Source: Nostoc sp. (GTDB lineage Bacteria > Cyanobacteriota > Cyanobacteriia > Cyanobacteriales > Nostocaceae). From it: a stretch of DNA of 64,000 nucleotides. The notes under the pieces are model-generated. The model had not been told where the DNA came from and searched no databases. It worked only from the letters and a program-made list of their open reading frames with translations. The stretch lies in the NCBI GenBank assembly GCA_036918135.1, contig JBALDB010000002.1, positions 224,001 to 288,000 on the forward strand. The letters run 5' to 3'. The translations under genes were made by a program, and so were the position numbers. Shown piece by piece: positions 1 to 10,998 of this stretch; the first letter of the stretch is position 1, and every line of letters begins with the position of its first letter.

Positions 1-140
1 GTACGAATTTACACTCGTGCAGGATTCTCTACAATCGACGAAATTTTGCACATTTCGCTTTCGTGCAAGTAGACAGTAAATACTTCAGTATATAAAAAAT
101 TATTTAAGCACTTACGACACAATTTTTTAAGAAATTAAAA

Positions 141-1703
141 ATGTATACAACATCTCAACCCGATCCCGTTCGCTTAGAAATATTCAAAAACCTCTATCAA
201 TTTATTGCCGAACAAATGGGAATTGTGTTACAAAACACGGCAACATCCGTAAATATTAAAGAAAGACTAGATTTTTCCTGCGCTATCTTTGACTCTTCTG
301 GATTATTAGTAGCGAATGCTCCCCATATTCCCGTACATTTAGGCTCAATGAGTGAAAGTGTCCGTAGTTTAATTAATGATAAAGGCGACACTATAAAACC
401 AGGAAATGTCTATTTATCAAATAACCCCTATAACGGTGGAACGCATCTCCCTGATGTAACTGCAATTACTCCTGTATTTTTGCAAAGTAGTGAAAATATT
501 TTATTCTCTACTCCGCTCTTTTACGTTGCTTCTCGCGGACATCAAGCCGATATCGGCGGAATTACTCCCGGTTCTATGCCTCCCCACAGTGCGACAGTAG
601 AAGAAGAAGGAATTCTTTTTGATAACTTTCTTTTAATTGAAGAAGGAAATTTTCGAGAAACCGCAGTCAGATATCACCTTTCAAATCATACTTATCCGGC
701 TCGAAATCCTGACCAAAATATAGCAGATTTTCAAGCCCAAATCGCTGCCAATGAAAGGGGAGTTCAAGAACTTCACAAAATGGTTTTGCAATACAAGCTG
801 GAGACTGTTCAAGCTTATATGAAATTCGTACAAGCTAATGCTGAGGAGTCAGTGAGAAAGGCGATCGCAGTTCTCAAAAATGGTTCATTTATTTATCAAA
901 TGGACAATGGCGCACAAATTCAGGTAAAAGTGACAATTCACCCAGAAAATCGCAGTGCTACTATTGATTTTACTGGAACTTCTGGACAATTAAATAGTAA
1001 TTTTAATGCTCCCAAAGCTGTAACTCAAGCAGCAGTTTTGTATGTATTTCGGACTTTGGTTGATGATAACATTCCTCTGAATGCTGGGTGTCTTAATCCT
1101 CTAGAAATTATTATCCCGATGGGCTGTATGTTAAACCCAACTTATCCAGCAGCGGTAGTAGCAGGTAATGTAGAAACTTCTCAAACTATTGTTGATGCTT
1201 TATATGGTGCTTTGGGTGTAATGGCTGCTTCTCAAGGAACAATGAATAATTTTACTTTTGGTAATGAGCGATATCAATACTATGAAACTATTTGTGGCGG
1301 TTCTGGAGCGGGAATTAATTTTGATGGAACTGATAGCGTTCATTCCCACATGACTAACTCCCGTTTGACAGATCCAGAAGTTTTAGAAACGCGTTATCCC
1401 GTACTTTTAGAAAGCTTTAGTCTGCGTCCGGATAGCGGTGGTAGAGGTAAATATTCTGGTGGTAATGGAGTTGTTCGTCGGATCCAATTTTTAGAACCGA
1501 TGACAGCTAATATTCTCTCTGGACATCGCCTGGTTCCTCCCTTTGGCTTAAATGGTGGGGAAGCGGGAAAAGTCGGGCGCAATTGGATACAACGTCAAAA
1601 TGGAACTGAAGAAAATTTAGATAGCACTGCAACGGTAGAGATGAATATCGGGGATGTTTTTGCGGTCGAAACTCCTGGAGGGGGTGGATTTGGGAAATTT
1701 TAA
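141..1703 (+). CDS. Hydantoinase B / 5-oxoprolinase subunit
   Basis: 520 aa; NIKERLDFSCA, PHIPVHLGSM, GGTHLPD and C-terminal TPGGGG motifs of the HyuB/oxoprolinase family. Confidence 0.92.
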   Translation: MYTTSQPDPVRLEIFKNLYQFIAEQMGIVLQNTATSVNIKERLDFSCAIFDSSGLLVANAPHIPVHLGSMSESVRSLINDKGDTIKPGNVYLSNNPYNGGTHLPDVTAITPVFLQSSENILFSTPLFYVASRGHQADIGGITPGSMPPHSATVEEEGILFDNFLLIEEGNFRETAVRYHLSNHTYPARNPDQNIADFQAQIAANERGVQELHKMVLQYKLETVQAYMKFVQANAEESVRKAIAVLKNGSFIYQMDNGAQIQVKVTIHPENRSATIDFTGTSGQLNSNFNAPKAVTQAAVLYVFRTLVDDNIPLNAGCLNPLEIIIPMGCMLNPTYPAAVVAGNVETSQTIVDALYGALGVMAASQGTMNNFTFGNERYQYYETICGGSGAGINFDGTDSVHSHMTNSRLTDPEVLETRYPVLLESFSLRPDSGGRGKYSGGNGVVRRIQFLEPMTANILSGHRLVPPFGLNGGEAGKVGRNWIQRQNGTEENLDSTATVEMNIGDVFAVETPGGGGFGKF

Positions 1704-1817
1704 TCCTAATTTACCAAGATGAAGGGGAGATGAGAAGTTACCAGCAGTGATTTGCGGCGATCGCTTTGAATGTCATTTGTCTTTTGTCATTAGTCATTAA
1801 TTATTCTCCCGATCTCC

Positions 1818-2555
1818 CTATCTCCCCACTCCCCCTTGATGTTCGCACTTAAAACCTTGATTCTGCCAATATGGCATATTTACTTCGTTAAGTTTGATGA
1901 TGTTTGAGCATTGCGGGTCAATAATTTGACTTAAAATCGCCCAAAATAAGCTGCGAGTTAAATCTAGTCCTGTTTTGACCCAAGATTCATGATTACCAGG
2001 AACACCTAACTCTGGAACGATTTCTGGCTCTACCCAAATACCATGAGCGCCCAAAAGAATCTGCGCCATCCATTTAGCCCTTGGCAAATGACTAGGTGAG
2101 GTAATAAGTTTTACTTTATGTACGCCCCATTTACGCAGTAGGGGAATACTATAATAAAAATTTTCAAAGGTAGAATTTGCACACTTTTCTAACCAAACGT
2201 TTTCTAAGCTTGCGGATTCTCGTTGAAAAATTAACCATATACAAGGATCTGGCGAGCCATGAGAAATTAAAATTGGGATTTGCGGGTATTGTTTTGCTTG
2301 TTGGACAATGTAAGTTTCTCGACTAATACTCCCACCAAGCACAAAAAAGGTGTCTACTGGCTGCGAAGAAGCAGAAACTAAGGTTATAGTAGTAAAAATT
2401 AACCAAGCACCCAAAACAAAGTACAATCCAACAGTTAGTTTTTGTAACAATTGCCACAGCTTAACTAAAGTTTTTTTATTGTAGATTAATGATTTGATAA
2501 TAAATTTATGTTTCATGACTGATATAAAAAAGCTCATTTGATGACTATCCAACAA
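1818..2555 (-). CDS. YdcF/DUF218 family membrane-anchored protein (true start probably downstream of the ORF-track start)
   Basis: N-terminal TM segment, VLGG, A.STFEN and ITSPSHLPRA motifs. Confidence 0.8.
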   Translation of the reverse strand: MLDSHQMSFFISVMKHKFIIKSLIYNKKTLVKLWQLLQKLTVGLYFVLGAWLIFTTITLVSASSQPVDTFFVLGGSISRETYIVQQAKQYPQIPILISHGSPDPCIWLIFQRESASLENVWLEKCANSTFENFYYSIPLLRKWGVHKVKLITSPSHLPRAKWMAQILLGAHGIWVEPEIVPELGVPGNHESWVKTGLDLTRSLFWAILSQIIDPQCSNIIKLNEVNMPYWQNQGFKCEHQGGVGR

Positions 2556-2824
2556 TACTCCGATTGAGAGATTGAAGTGCTATCTTATAAAAGTAATCTA
2601 AAGTACAAAGATGACGGCGATTGAAGTGTCACATCGCTAGTATAGCCTTCCGGAGAAGGCTAACAAACTCAGAAATGGTTATTAATAACTAATGCAGTAT
2701 TTTGGCATTATTCAATGTCAAAGGATTGAGAAAGCACAGCTGAGTTTGGGGTATAAAAACTTAAAAATTTCTAGAAAGCCTGATTGCTAAACTGTCAACA
2801 ACACAATTATTCCAGCTAATATAC

Positions 2825-4168
2825 ATGAACCAATCTGCGAAAAGTTACTCGCCGCTCCAAGTAGCCTTGATTGGTGGGGCGATCGCTACAACTGCTACCA
2901 TGTCTGTGTTCGGTTTTGCTTGGACTCGCGGTGTACGCGCAGCCCTAAGTCTACAAGACAGCCCGAAAACGATAGTTGACCAAGTTTGGCAACTGGTGAA
3001 TCATGAATATGTTGATGGTAAATTTAATCAACAAGATTGGCGAGCAACCAGGCAAAGCTTGTTGAACAGAGACTATTCTTCTCGTGAAGAAGCTTATGCT
3101 GCCATCCGGGAAGCTTTACAAACCTTGGGAGATCCTTATACTCGGTTTATGGACCCCAAGCAGTTTGAAGCCCTGACTAGCCAAACCTCTGGGGAAGTCT
3201 CTGGTATTGGCATTCGCATGGAAGTCAACGATAAAACTCAGCGCCTAACTGTTGTTGAAGCTATAGAAAATTCTCCAGCCCTGAAAGCCGGAATTAAAGC
3301 AGGCGATGAAATTTTAGCCATTGACGGCAAACCCACTTTAAAAATGAAAGTGGATGACGCTTCCAAACTAATTCGCGGCAAAGCTGGTACTCCCATCAGC
3401 CTACGGCTCAAACGCTCAGGACAAAATCCCTTTGAAGTGAGGCTCAGCAGAGCCAATATAGAAGTGCCAACGGTGCGTTATACCCTCAAGCAAGAAGGAA
3501 ATCGACGCATTGGCTATATCCGTTTGCGGGAATTTAGTGCCCATGCCGCAGAGCAAATGCAACGAGCCATCCGCGATTTGAACAATAAGAAAGTTGATTC
3601 TTATGTGTTGGATTTGCGGGGAAATCCCGGTGGTTTGTTACAAGCCAGCATTGAAATTGCCCGGATGTGGTACGATAACGGTGGTATTGTCAAGACAGTT
3701 GACCGTGTAGGAAATACTGAGGAAACTAAAGCCAATCACACCGCTTTGACAAGTCGTCCCTTGGCAGTATTGGTAGATGGGAATTCAGCTAGTGCTAGCG
3801 AGATTCTCACCGGCGCACTCAAGGATAATAAGCGGGCGGTAGTCGTTGGCGGTCAAACTTTTGGTAAAGCCTTAGTGCAATCAGTTCACGAACTCGCCGA
3901 TGGTTCAGGCTTGGCGGTTACCATTGCTCACTACTACACGCCTTTAGGAACGGATATCAACCATAAAGGGATTACGCCAGATATCAAGCTAGACTTGACA
4001 GAGGCACAAGAGCGTCAGTTGGCTTCTAATCCAGATTTAATCGGAACTCGCAGCGATCCCCAATATGCGCGAGCGATCGCAATTTTATCAGGTAGCAACT
4101 TCGCCGGATCATCGATTAATCAAAATAATCAACCTATGAGCGTCCGCGCTGGTGACTTGAAATTTTAG
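2825..4168 (+). CDS. Carboxyl-terminal processing protease (S41, CtpA/CtpB family)
   Basis: Signal/TM segment, PDZ domain (GIGI...SPA..AGI), DLRGNPGG, SASASE and TFGK catalytic motifs. Confidence 0.93.
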   Translation: MNQSAKSYSPLQVALIGGAIATTATMSVFGFAWTRGVRAALSLQDSPKTIVDQVWQLVNHEYVDGKFNQQDWRATRQSLLNRDYSSREEAYAAIREALQTLGDPYTRFMDPKQFEALTSQTSGEVSGIGIRMEVNDKTQRLTVVEAIENSPALKAGIKAGDEILAIDGKPTLKMKVDDASKLIRGKAGTPISLRLKRSGQNPFEVRLSRANIEVPTVRYTLKQEGNRRIGYIRLREFSAHAAEQMQRAIRDLNNKKVDSYVLDLRGNPGGLLQASIEIARMWYDNGGIVKTVDRVGNTEETKANHTALTSRPLAVLVDGNSASASEILTGALKDNKRAVVVGGQTFGKALVQSVHELADGSGLAVTIAHYYTPLGTDINHKGITPDIKLDLTEAQERQLASNPDLIGTRSDPQYARAIAILSGSNFAGSSINQNNQPMSVRAGDLKF

Positions 4169-4327
4169 ATTGAACAGAACTTAAAAGTCAGAACTCAGGA
4201 GAATTAATTCTGATGCCTTAGCGCAGTGTCTTCGGCTTCGCTCCTGAATTCTGACTCCTTGTTCCCATTCTGTCGATTTGGGATTGGGAATACTAGCTAG
4301 TAGTTCCATCTCCAAAATCTCAAATTT

Positions 4328-5296
4328 ATGAATTATCAGCCAGTTGATGCAACCACCGATACCAGCTTTTTGCCAATGGTATCGGTGGTTGTTCCTATTT
4401 ATAACGGTGAGGCAGATTTACCAGATTTGCTCGATTGTTTATTATCTCAAACTTATCCCCAAGACCGCGTAGAGTACTTATTGGTGGACAATAACAGTAG
4501 CGATCGCACTCTCACCTTACTCAAAACAGCTGCTGAAAATTGTCCAATTACAATTCGCCCCTTGAGCGAAAATCAAATTCAAAGCTCCTACGCTGCTCGT
4601 AATACTGGAATTCGTGCGGTTCAAAGCGAAATTATAGTTTTTACTGATGCAGATTGTCGTCCCCAATCCCAATGGCTATATGCATTAATTCAGCCTTTTG
4701 TCAACTTAGAAGTGGTAATTGTTGCTGGGGAAATTTTGGCACTACCAGGTAAAACTTTGTTAGAACAACACGCAGACCGCGAACAAACCCTATCGCAAAA
4801 ACACACCCTTGGCCATTCCTTTCGTCCCTATGGACAAACTGCTAATTTGGCAATTCGCCGCATCGCCTTAGAAAAAGCAGGTTTATTTCGTCCCTATCTT
4901 ACCACTGGTGGCGATGCAGACATTTGCTGGCGGATTTTGGCAGAAAACATCGGGCGTTTAGAATTTGCCCCCAATGCCATTGTCCAGCACCGCCACCGCA
5001 CTACACTTCAACAACTGCAAAGTCAATGGCGGCGTTATGGTCGCTCCAATCGCTATTTACACGAACTGCATGGTATAGATTTAATGCGAGATATTACACT
5101 CAAAGAATGCGGCTATCGTTTGGTACGTTGGTTATTGAAAGAAGTACCAACAGATAGTATAAAGGCGATCGCAGGTAAAGCGACTTTGGTAGATTTATTA
5201 AATACCCCCATTGGTTTGTTCACGGCTAGGGCGCGTGCGGCTGGACAAAGAGACGCCAAATTGCCAGAGAATGCCAAGATAATTGATTGGCTATAA
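4328..5296 (+). CDS. Glycosyltransferase family 2
   Basis: VSVVVPIYN, VDNNSSD, ARNTG and FTDADC (DxD) motifs. Confidence 0.92.
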   Translation: MNYQPVDATTDTSFLPMVSVVVPIYNGEADLPDLLDCLLSQTYPQDRVEYLLVDNNSSDRTLTLLKTAAENCPITIRPLSENQIQSSYAARNTGIRAVQSEIIVFTDADCRPQSQWLYALIQPFVNLEVVIVAGEILALPGKTLLEQHADREQTLSQKHTLGHSFRPYGQTANLAIRRIALEKAGLFRPYLTTGGDADICWRILAENIGRLEFAPNAIVQHRHRTTLQQLQSQWRRYGRSNRYLHELHGIDLMRDITLKECGYRLVRWLLKEVPTDSIKAIAGKATLVDLLNTPIGLFTARARAAGQRDAKLPENAKIIDWL

Positions 5297-5424
5297 CAAT
5301 CTAAGTACTTACGCAGAAATATTTAGATATTTTTCAACACGACTGAAATCGCTGTATTCCTTCCCTGTTCTCTATTTCCTGTTAAGAGTTCTCTTACAAT
5401 AGATAATTTATTTTGCACGATTAC

Positions 5425-6468
5425 TTATACAAAAATAGGGTTTTGTGAAATTCCAATCATATAAACTTCATTTAAATTATGATGCTTCTCTAAAGCAGCT
5501 TCATGAATAGTAAAGTAAATAGGCGTACCAGTATGCACGTAGTCTGGCATCCTTCTTTTATTTCTGTCATACATTGCTTTAAAAAAGCCAAAAACTGGAT
5601 TTGGATTTTTGTCTACTCCTGCTACTCCACCAATTCCAAGTTCTGCTTCTGGTGGTTCATTAGATGATGCTGGTTTTATTACGTTTCCCGTTGGAAATGG
5701 CAGCATAGTTACAAAATCTTCCGTGTTTGCAATTCGCCAGTGCCGAACCTTTAGAGCTTCAAAACTCGCTGCAAATTGTCTATCCCCACATCGAGGGCTA
5801 GCAAACGTATACAGTGTAACGTTTTCAGAATTTTTAAAAGGGGTGTTTTTCAGAATATCCGGAATTGCTAATGTAGCTAGCGCTCCACCTAAACTGTGTC
5901 CTGTGACAAATACTTTAGCATTCTGCGACTTGTGCCACTTTTCATGAAGTGCATCAAGTAGTTTTTGCCGTAGACTTACATAAATACCTCTAAAACCTGC
6001 TGTTACAAACCCGAAATTACTATCAAGATTGGGGATAATGATTGAACCTTGATTTTCCTGCACAACCCCTTCTGCAATTTTCTCCTTGATTTCTACTCTT
6101 TGATGATTTCTATTAGTACTATCTTTGAAAGAAACAAGCTGAATATTCACATCCTTGAACCATTCAAGAAAGCGTCTAGTGCCACGAAAGATTACATATA
6201 TATTGTCAGTACCAGCCTCCGAGGCAACATATCCAAAGGGAACACCATTTTCTGCAAATTCAGTATGTAGTAAAAATGGCTCCTTAAGGTTAAATGTTTG
6301 TGAGTTATTTTTTAGTTCAAATAAATCGAACTGATTATATGCATACTGCGTTAGCTCTGCTAGTTTTCGAGCCATTTCAGCATCAAAACCTTTAGGGTAA
6401 GTATTGGTATCAAGTTGAGAAATAATTATTCTGTCTGTTGACTGGTTTGTATCAGGTGAAGATAGCAT
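5425..6468 (-). CDS. Lipase class 3 family alpha/beta hydrolase
   Basis: VIFRGT, GHSLGG nucleophile elbow, TFASPR.G, D.V..LP. Confidence 0.88.
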   Translation of the reverse strand: MLSSPDTNQSTDRIIISQLDTNTYPKGFDAEMARKLAELTQYAYNQFDLFELKNNSQTFNLKEPFLLHTEFAENGVPFGYVASEAGTDNIYVIFRGTRRFLEWFKDVNIQLVSFKDSTNRNHQRVEIKEKIAEGVVQENQGSIIIPNLDSNFGFVTAGFRGIYVSLRQKLLDALHEKWHKSQNAKVFVTGHSLGGALATLAIPDILKNTPFKNSENVTLYTFASPRCGDRQFAASFEALKVRHWRIANTEDFVTMLPFPTGNVIKPASSNEPPEAELGIGGVAGVDKNPNPVFGFFKAMYDRNKRRMPDYVHTGTPIYFTIHEAALEKHHNLNEVYMIGISQNPIFV

Positions 6469-6797
6469 TAGTTCTACCTCAAGCTTAGAAAAACAATTAA
6501 ATTCTTAGGAGAATGCGTGTAACAATTCCTGTAAAATTTTTGATTTTAGTTAAAATATTTACAGTATTTTGTACATTATCATGGATTTGGCTAATGCTTC
6601 TAATCCTTCATTTAGGTCTTCTTCATGGCACTTAAGCTGTGCGGCGATTTTTTAAAAAGTTGTGCTTTTGAGTTTAAAGCGCAACACTGATAAATTGAAG
6701 GCGATCGTACTAGTCGAGCAATTATGAGAACGGGGACACTTAACAAAAGTTGGATTAAAGAAAGCAAAACCTAATTAATTGTTCCTAATTTACCTAA

Positions 6798-9700
6798 CTA
6801 AACAGTCAAAGGAATAATCTGTTGAGTGGCAAAGCCTCCTAAATCCCAAGTTTCTCTATAAAGAGGAAGGTCACTATTGAACAAATCAAATGTTTGGGAA
6901 AATGCTGACCAAGAACCACTTACACTTGTACCAGAACCACCCACATTAGCTGATGCTTGGTAAGACAGTACTGGAGCAGAGACTTTTAAATCCAAATCTA
7001 AATCTAAATAAGTGTAATTTGTGATTTCTACTATCGGTTCGAGGCTCATACCTATGGTTAATAGACCATCATTGTTGAGGTCATAATTTCCTCCTTCTAC
7101 TGAGAATTGAGTCGTACTCCCATCAAGTAGTAGTAAATCTTGTGGGCCTGTTGCCCCATCTATAGTTAAGTCAGCTCTAAAACCTTTAAGGCTAACAGTG
7201 ATATCCTCAACTAAACTAGCCGTTGCAATTAATTCAGCACTAAGTAAGGTAGCTTTGGCACTGACACTAGCACTAGCACCGTAGCCAGCAATAGTTGGAG
7301 TTGAGTAGGCTTGTTTGAACTCGTAAGCTAGGGGAATTGGTAGTTTGTCCGCTATAAAACTGGCAACATCAAATTTAGTTGTTAAAATTGCATCTGAACC
7401 ATCACCTGTAAGAGTTCCTCCTCCAAGATTTAAGCCTTCATTACTAAAACTAATTAGAGGGATTTTAGCTGTAATATCTCCATAAGGAAATGTTTTTATA
7501 TAAGCTGGATTACCTACATTTAAATCTATTAAAGCTTTGTCAAAACTATGCCTTTGCGTCAATGCCGGAGGTAAACCAAGTGTTTTGTCAAATCCTGCAT
7601 TGATTGCTGGCGTTAATTCGACTTTGCCAAAAGGAGTATTGACAGAAGTCGCTGGTATGTTTATCCAAGCTTTAGCATTGACAGAGGCATTAGCTTCTAA
7701 AAATCCATTCAGTCCAACTTTGAAGAAAGCTTCGGGTTTGTTGACTTGATATTTAGCTCCACCGAGAAGATCGATATCTGGATGTATAGATACTTCGTAT
7801 GGATTTCTAGTCATTGCAATTGATACGTTTGTAGGTAGTAAGGTGTCAATTGTCCCCAAGTTAAAGCCACCCTTGGCATAGGCATATATTCCAGCATTAA
7901 CTGACATATTTGCATCTATTTTTGCACCTACATTGGAATTGCCTATGTCTAGAAGAGTTTGTTTTGCACTTTTCTGAAAAGATGTTCCCCATTTTTTGTC
8001 GAATGATATGGCTGGAATACCTTTGATAACTGACTGCCCGGTACTCTGCAAATTCAAAGTAGTTGTGGGACTAATTACATCTCCATAAGGCCATAAGGTT
8101 CCGGGAACTGGCATTTTGCGAACGACACTATCGGCAAAGACAACTTCCTCAACATCATTGAGGAAATAATCCAACCTACCTCCGTCGGGCCTTTTATAAT
8201 CGGATCGGAATATCATCCCAATACCCGACTCGTCAGCATTACGCTCGCGGCTGAAGTCATCGTAGTTGCCTAATAAATAGGCTCGATCGTAACCAGGGCC
8301 ACCACTGATGCCATGAAAATATCCTGCATAAATAACATCATCTCCCGCATCACCACTGATATTGCCGTCATACCCCTTATAGGCGATTAACAAATCATTT
8401 CCCGCACCTCCATTTATAAGCCCAAAACCAGCACCACCGTAGATAGTGTCGTCTCCTTCTCCACCGTCAAATGTATATGCTAGTTGCAGATCGTTACCTG
8501 TTGTGGGGTTACTACCGACAATATAGTCATTTCCTGTGCCACCATAAGCTAGTTCTTGAAAGAAAGCTCTCTCTGTATCAGCAGCACTATTATCACCAGT
8601 GTATATCCTATCGTTACCAGCTCCACCTCTTAATGTATCTAATCCTTCATGACCTTGTAGGTAGTCATCCCCATCACCACCATCAATTACGTCGTCACCG
8701 CCAAATCCAAAGATGTAGTCAATTCCACTGAAACCAATGATAGTATCGGCTGCATTAGTACCTAATATTTGTGGGGTACTCGTGTCGATAATTTCGACTG
8801 GCTCAGAGAATACGTTACCCCGATCTGTACCAGCAACATCATTTCTAATAGAAACTGTAAGGTACTCTGAACCTTCTGATACATGGTCTTCGGCTACAGG
8901 TAAATATATGTCGGCTTGACCATTGGCATCAAGGGTGACTACACCATTTAATTTACCTGCCAAGATATCTTCGGAGGTAATGGAACTGCCATTTGCACTA
9001 GAAACAGTATACTTTAAGTCAGTACCAGGGCTGATATTCTCAGTTGTAATGCGGAATATAGCATACTCCCCTTCATTAAAAGTTGCGTTTGTTCGAGTGA
9101 TACTAATTGTAGGAATGGGAGTTTGGCTATTGTCATTTATGTAGACGCTGATGCTGGCACGGTTATTGTTTAGTTTCAAGACTAATTGTTCGCTACCTTC
9201 AGTTTTACGATCGCCATTAACTTTTACTTGAATCGTGGCTAAACCATTCTCGCCTACAACAAAGAAACCAGACAGAGGTTGTAGAAAGTCTGAACTAGTG
9301 ATTCCTGTACCAGAAATTGTATAGTCAATACGGGTTCCAATTGGGACGCAAGCAGTTTTGAGTGAGAAGGTAATAGTGTCACCTTCATCTACTTTTTGTA
9401 CTGAGGATGTAAGGGTATATTGCCTACTATCTTTAATTAAAAAGTCACTAGCAGATAAACTTGGATTCCCAGTGAGAGTTGCAAATAGTCCTCCATTACC
9501 CAAAGCTAACGCTGCTCCATTTTCGTTGTAGAACAGCTTGCCGTTAACTTTGTTGTAAACAATTAAAGCACTACTGTTTGTAGCAGCAGCGTCATCATTG
9601 ACGATTGCAAATTCACTACTAATACTAAATCCACTTCCTGTTACACTACGAAGACTGGTAAAAGTAGCTTTATCCAAAACAATTTTGTCGCTAGCAATGG

Positions 9701-10325
9701 TAAAGTCCTTAATTGTATCTTGTCCGATCATTGTAGAGGAAAATGGGGCATATACATTAAAGGTAAACCGATCTTGTCCTAAACCCCCAGTGAGTATATC
9801 GTTACCACGACCACCATTGAGAATATCATTCCCAGCACCACCAATCAGGGTGTCTATTCCACCACCACCACTGAGAATGTTGTTGGCACTATTACCAATA
9901 ATTTTGTTGTCGAAACTATTGCCAGTACCATTAATCGCTGCTGTTCCTGTTAGGGTGAGATCCTCAACATTGGCGATCGCCGCTAAACTGTAACTGACTG
10001 ATGATAAAACTGTATCCTCACCACCTGTTGCAGTTTCGATAACTTTGTCTGTGGTGCTATCCACTACGTAAGTATCATTGCCACCACCACCAATCACGGT
10101 GTCTATCCCACCACCACCATTGAGAATGTTGTTTGCACTATTGCCAGTAATTGTATTGTTGAGACTATTGCCAGTACCATTAATTGCTGCTGTTCCTATT
10201 AAGATTAAATTTTTGATGTTACTTGCTAAAGTCCAACTTGCAGAAGACTCAATTGTATCATTTATTGTTGCTAAAATGAAATTTTTAGAAATGTTTTCTT
10301 TCTTGGTGAAATTAGAAAATGTCAT
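6798..10325 (-). CDS. Large RTX (hemolysin-type Ca-binding repeat) protein with two Calx-beta/Ig-like domains and an unrecognised beta-rich C-terminal region
   Basis: 1175 aa; many GGxGxD nonapeptides in two blocks; two related ~100 aa EGD/EGE...EGSE modules. Confidence 0.8.
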   Translation of the reverse strand: MTFSNFTKKENISKNFILATINDTIESSASWTLASNIKNLILIGTAAINGTGNSLNNTITGNSANNILNGGGGIDTVIGGGGNDTYVVDSTTDKVIETATGGEDTVLSSVSYSLAAIANVEDLTLTGTAAINGTGNSFDNKIIGNSANNILSGGGGIDTLIGGAGNDILNGGRGNDILTGGLGQDRFTFNVYAPFSSTMIGQDTIKDFTIASDKIVLDKATFTSLRSVTGSGFSISSEFAIVNDDAAATNSSALIVYNKVNGKLFYNENGAALALGNGGLFATLTGNPSLSASDFLIKDSRQYTLTSSVQKVDEGDTITFSLKTACVPIGTRIDYTISGTGITSSDFLQPLSGFFVVGENGLATIQVKVNGDRKTEGSEQLVLKLNNNRASISVYINDNSQTPIPTISITRTNATFNEGEYAIFRITTENISPGTDLKYTVSSANGSSITSEDILAGKLNGVVTLDANGQADIYLPVAEDHVSEGSEYLTVSIRNDVAGTDRGNVFSEPVEIIDTSTPQILGTNAADTIIGFSGIDYIFGFGGDDVIDGGDGDDYLQGHEGLDTLRGGAGNDRIYTGDNSAADTERAFFQELAYGGTGNDYIVGSNPTTGNDLQLAYTFDGGEGDDTIYGGAGFGLINGGAGNDLLIAYKGYDGNISGDAGDDVIYAGYFHGISGGPGYDRAYLLGNYDDFSRERNADESGIGMIFRSDYKRPDGGRLDYFLNDVEEVVFADSVVRKMPVPGTLWPYGDVISPTTTLNLQSTGQSVIKGIPAISFDKKWGTSFQKSAKQTLLDIGNSNVGAKIDANMSVNAGIYAYAKGGFNLGTIDTLLPTNVSIAMTRNPYEVSIHPDIDLLGGAKYQVNKPEAFFKVGLNGFLEANASVNAKAWINIPATSVNTPFGKVELTPAINAGFDKTLGLPPALTQRHSFDKALIDLNVGNPAYIKTFPYGDITAKIPLISFSNEGLNLGGGTLTGDGSDAILTTKFDVASFIADKLPIPLAYEFKQAYSTPTIAGYGASASVSAKATLLSAELIATASLVEDITVSLKGFRADLTIDGATGPQDLLLLDGSTTQFSVEGGNYDLNNDGLLTIGMSLEPIVEITNYTYLDLDLDLKVSAPVLSYQASANVGGSGTSVSGSWSAFSQTFDLFNSDLPLYRETWDLGGFATQQIIPLTV

Positions 10326-10477
10326 ATTTTTTCTCTTAGTTGTAAATAGAGATATTGGTTTAAATGTGCAGTTGAATTCTTTACTTAATTGAGGAAAATT
10401 TGGGAATAGTATTAATATTAATTACTGCACTAAAACCGCTCACCTAAATACTCTACTGCCATGTATAAATTTTGGCG

Positions 10478-10503
10478 GTCGGAAAAGGTCGGGAAAAAGT
10501 CGG
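10478..10503. promoter_or_regulatory. Three phased GTCGG direct repeats in the divergent intergenic region (candidate operator)
   Basis: GTCGG at 10478, 10488 and 10499, spaced 10 and 11 bp, in an otherwise very AT-rich spacer. Confidence 0.45.
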
Positions 10504-10963
10504 GTATTTTTGGTAGATTTACGTAAACTTTTATGAAAAAATCAAGTTGTTCGTGGGAATATTGTAGTTAGCTGTATTACTACGGAATAAATGACGGTAG
10601 AAGAAGCGATCGCACTAGTTGAGCAATTATTAGAACGAGGAAGCTTAACAAAAGCGTAACAGCTTGTATTTCGCTACACCTGGGAAGGAAAAACTTACTT
10701 AGAAATGGCCAAACAAGCCACATACGACCCAGGACACATCAAGGATGTTGGTTCGCAACTATGGCGATCGCTTTCTCAAGCTTTGGGTGAAAAAGTTACC
10801 AAGAATAATTTACACGGTGTCCTGAGGCGAGCTGCACAGCAGCACAATGGCGCGAAGATATCCCCAAGCTTGACGCCTCATATCGATTGGGGAGAAGCGA
10901 CTGACGTTTCGCGCTTCTATGGACGTACCAGTGAATTAGAAACCTTAAGCCAGTGGATTATGG

Positions 10964-10998
10964 GCGATTCGCCTAAAGGCGACAGCTACGCTTCACGC
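10964..10998. repeat. 27-nt small dispersed repeat inserted in a HIP1 site
   Basis: GCGAT-[TCGCCTAAAGGCGACAGCTACGCTTCA]-CGC; length preserves the reading frame. Confidence 0.7.

Noticed and set aside
9598..10392. Pro-rich plus-strand ORFs
   Set aside because: Antisense shadows of the Gly-rich RTX repeats
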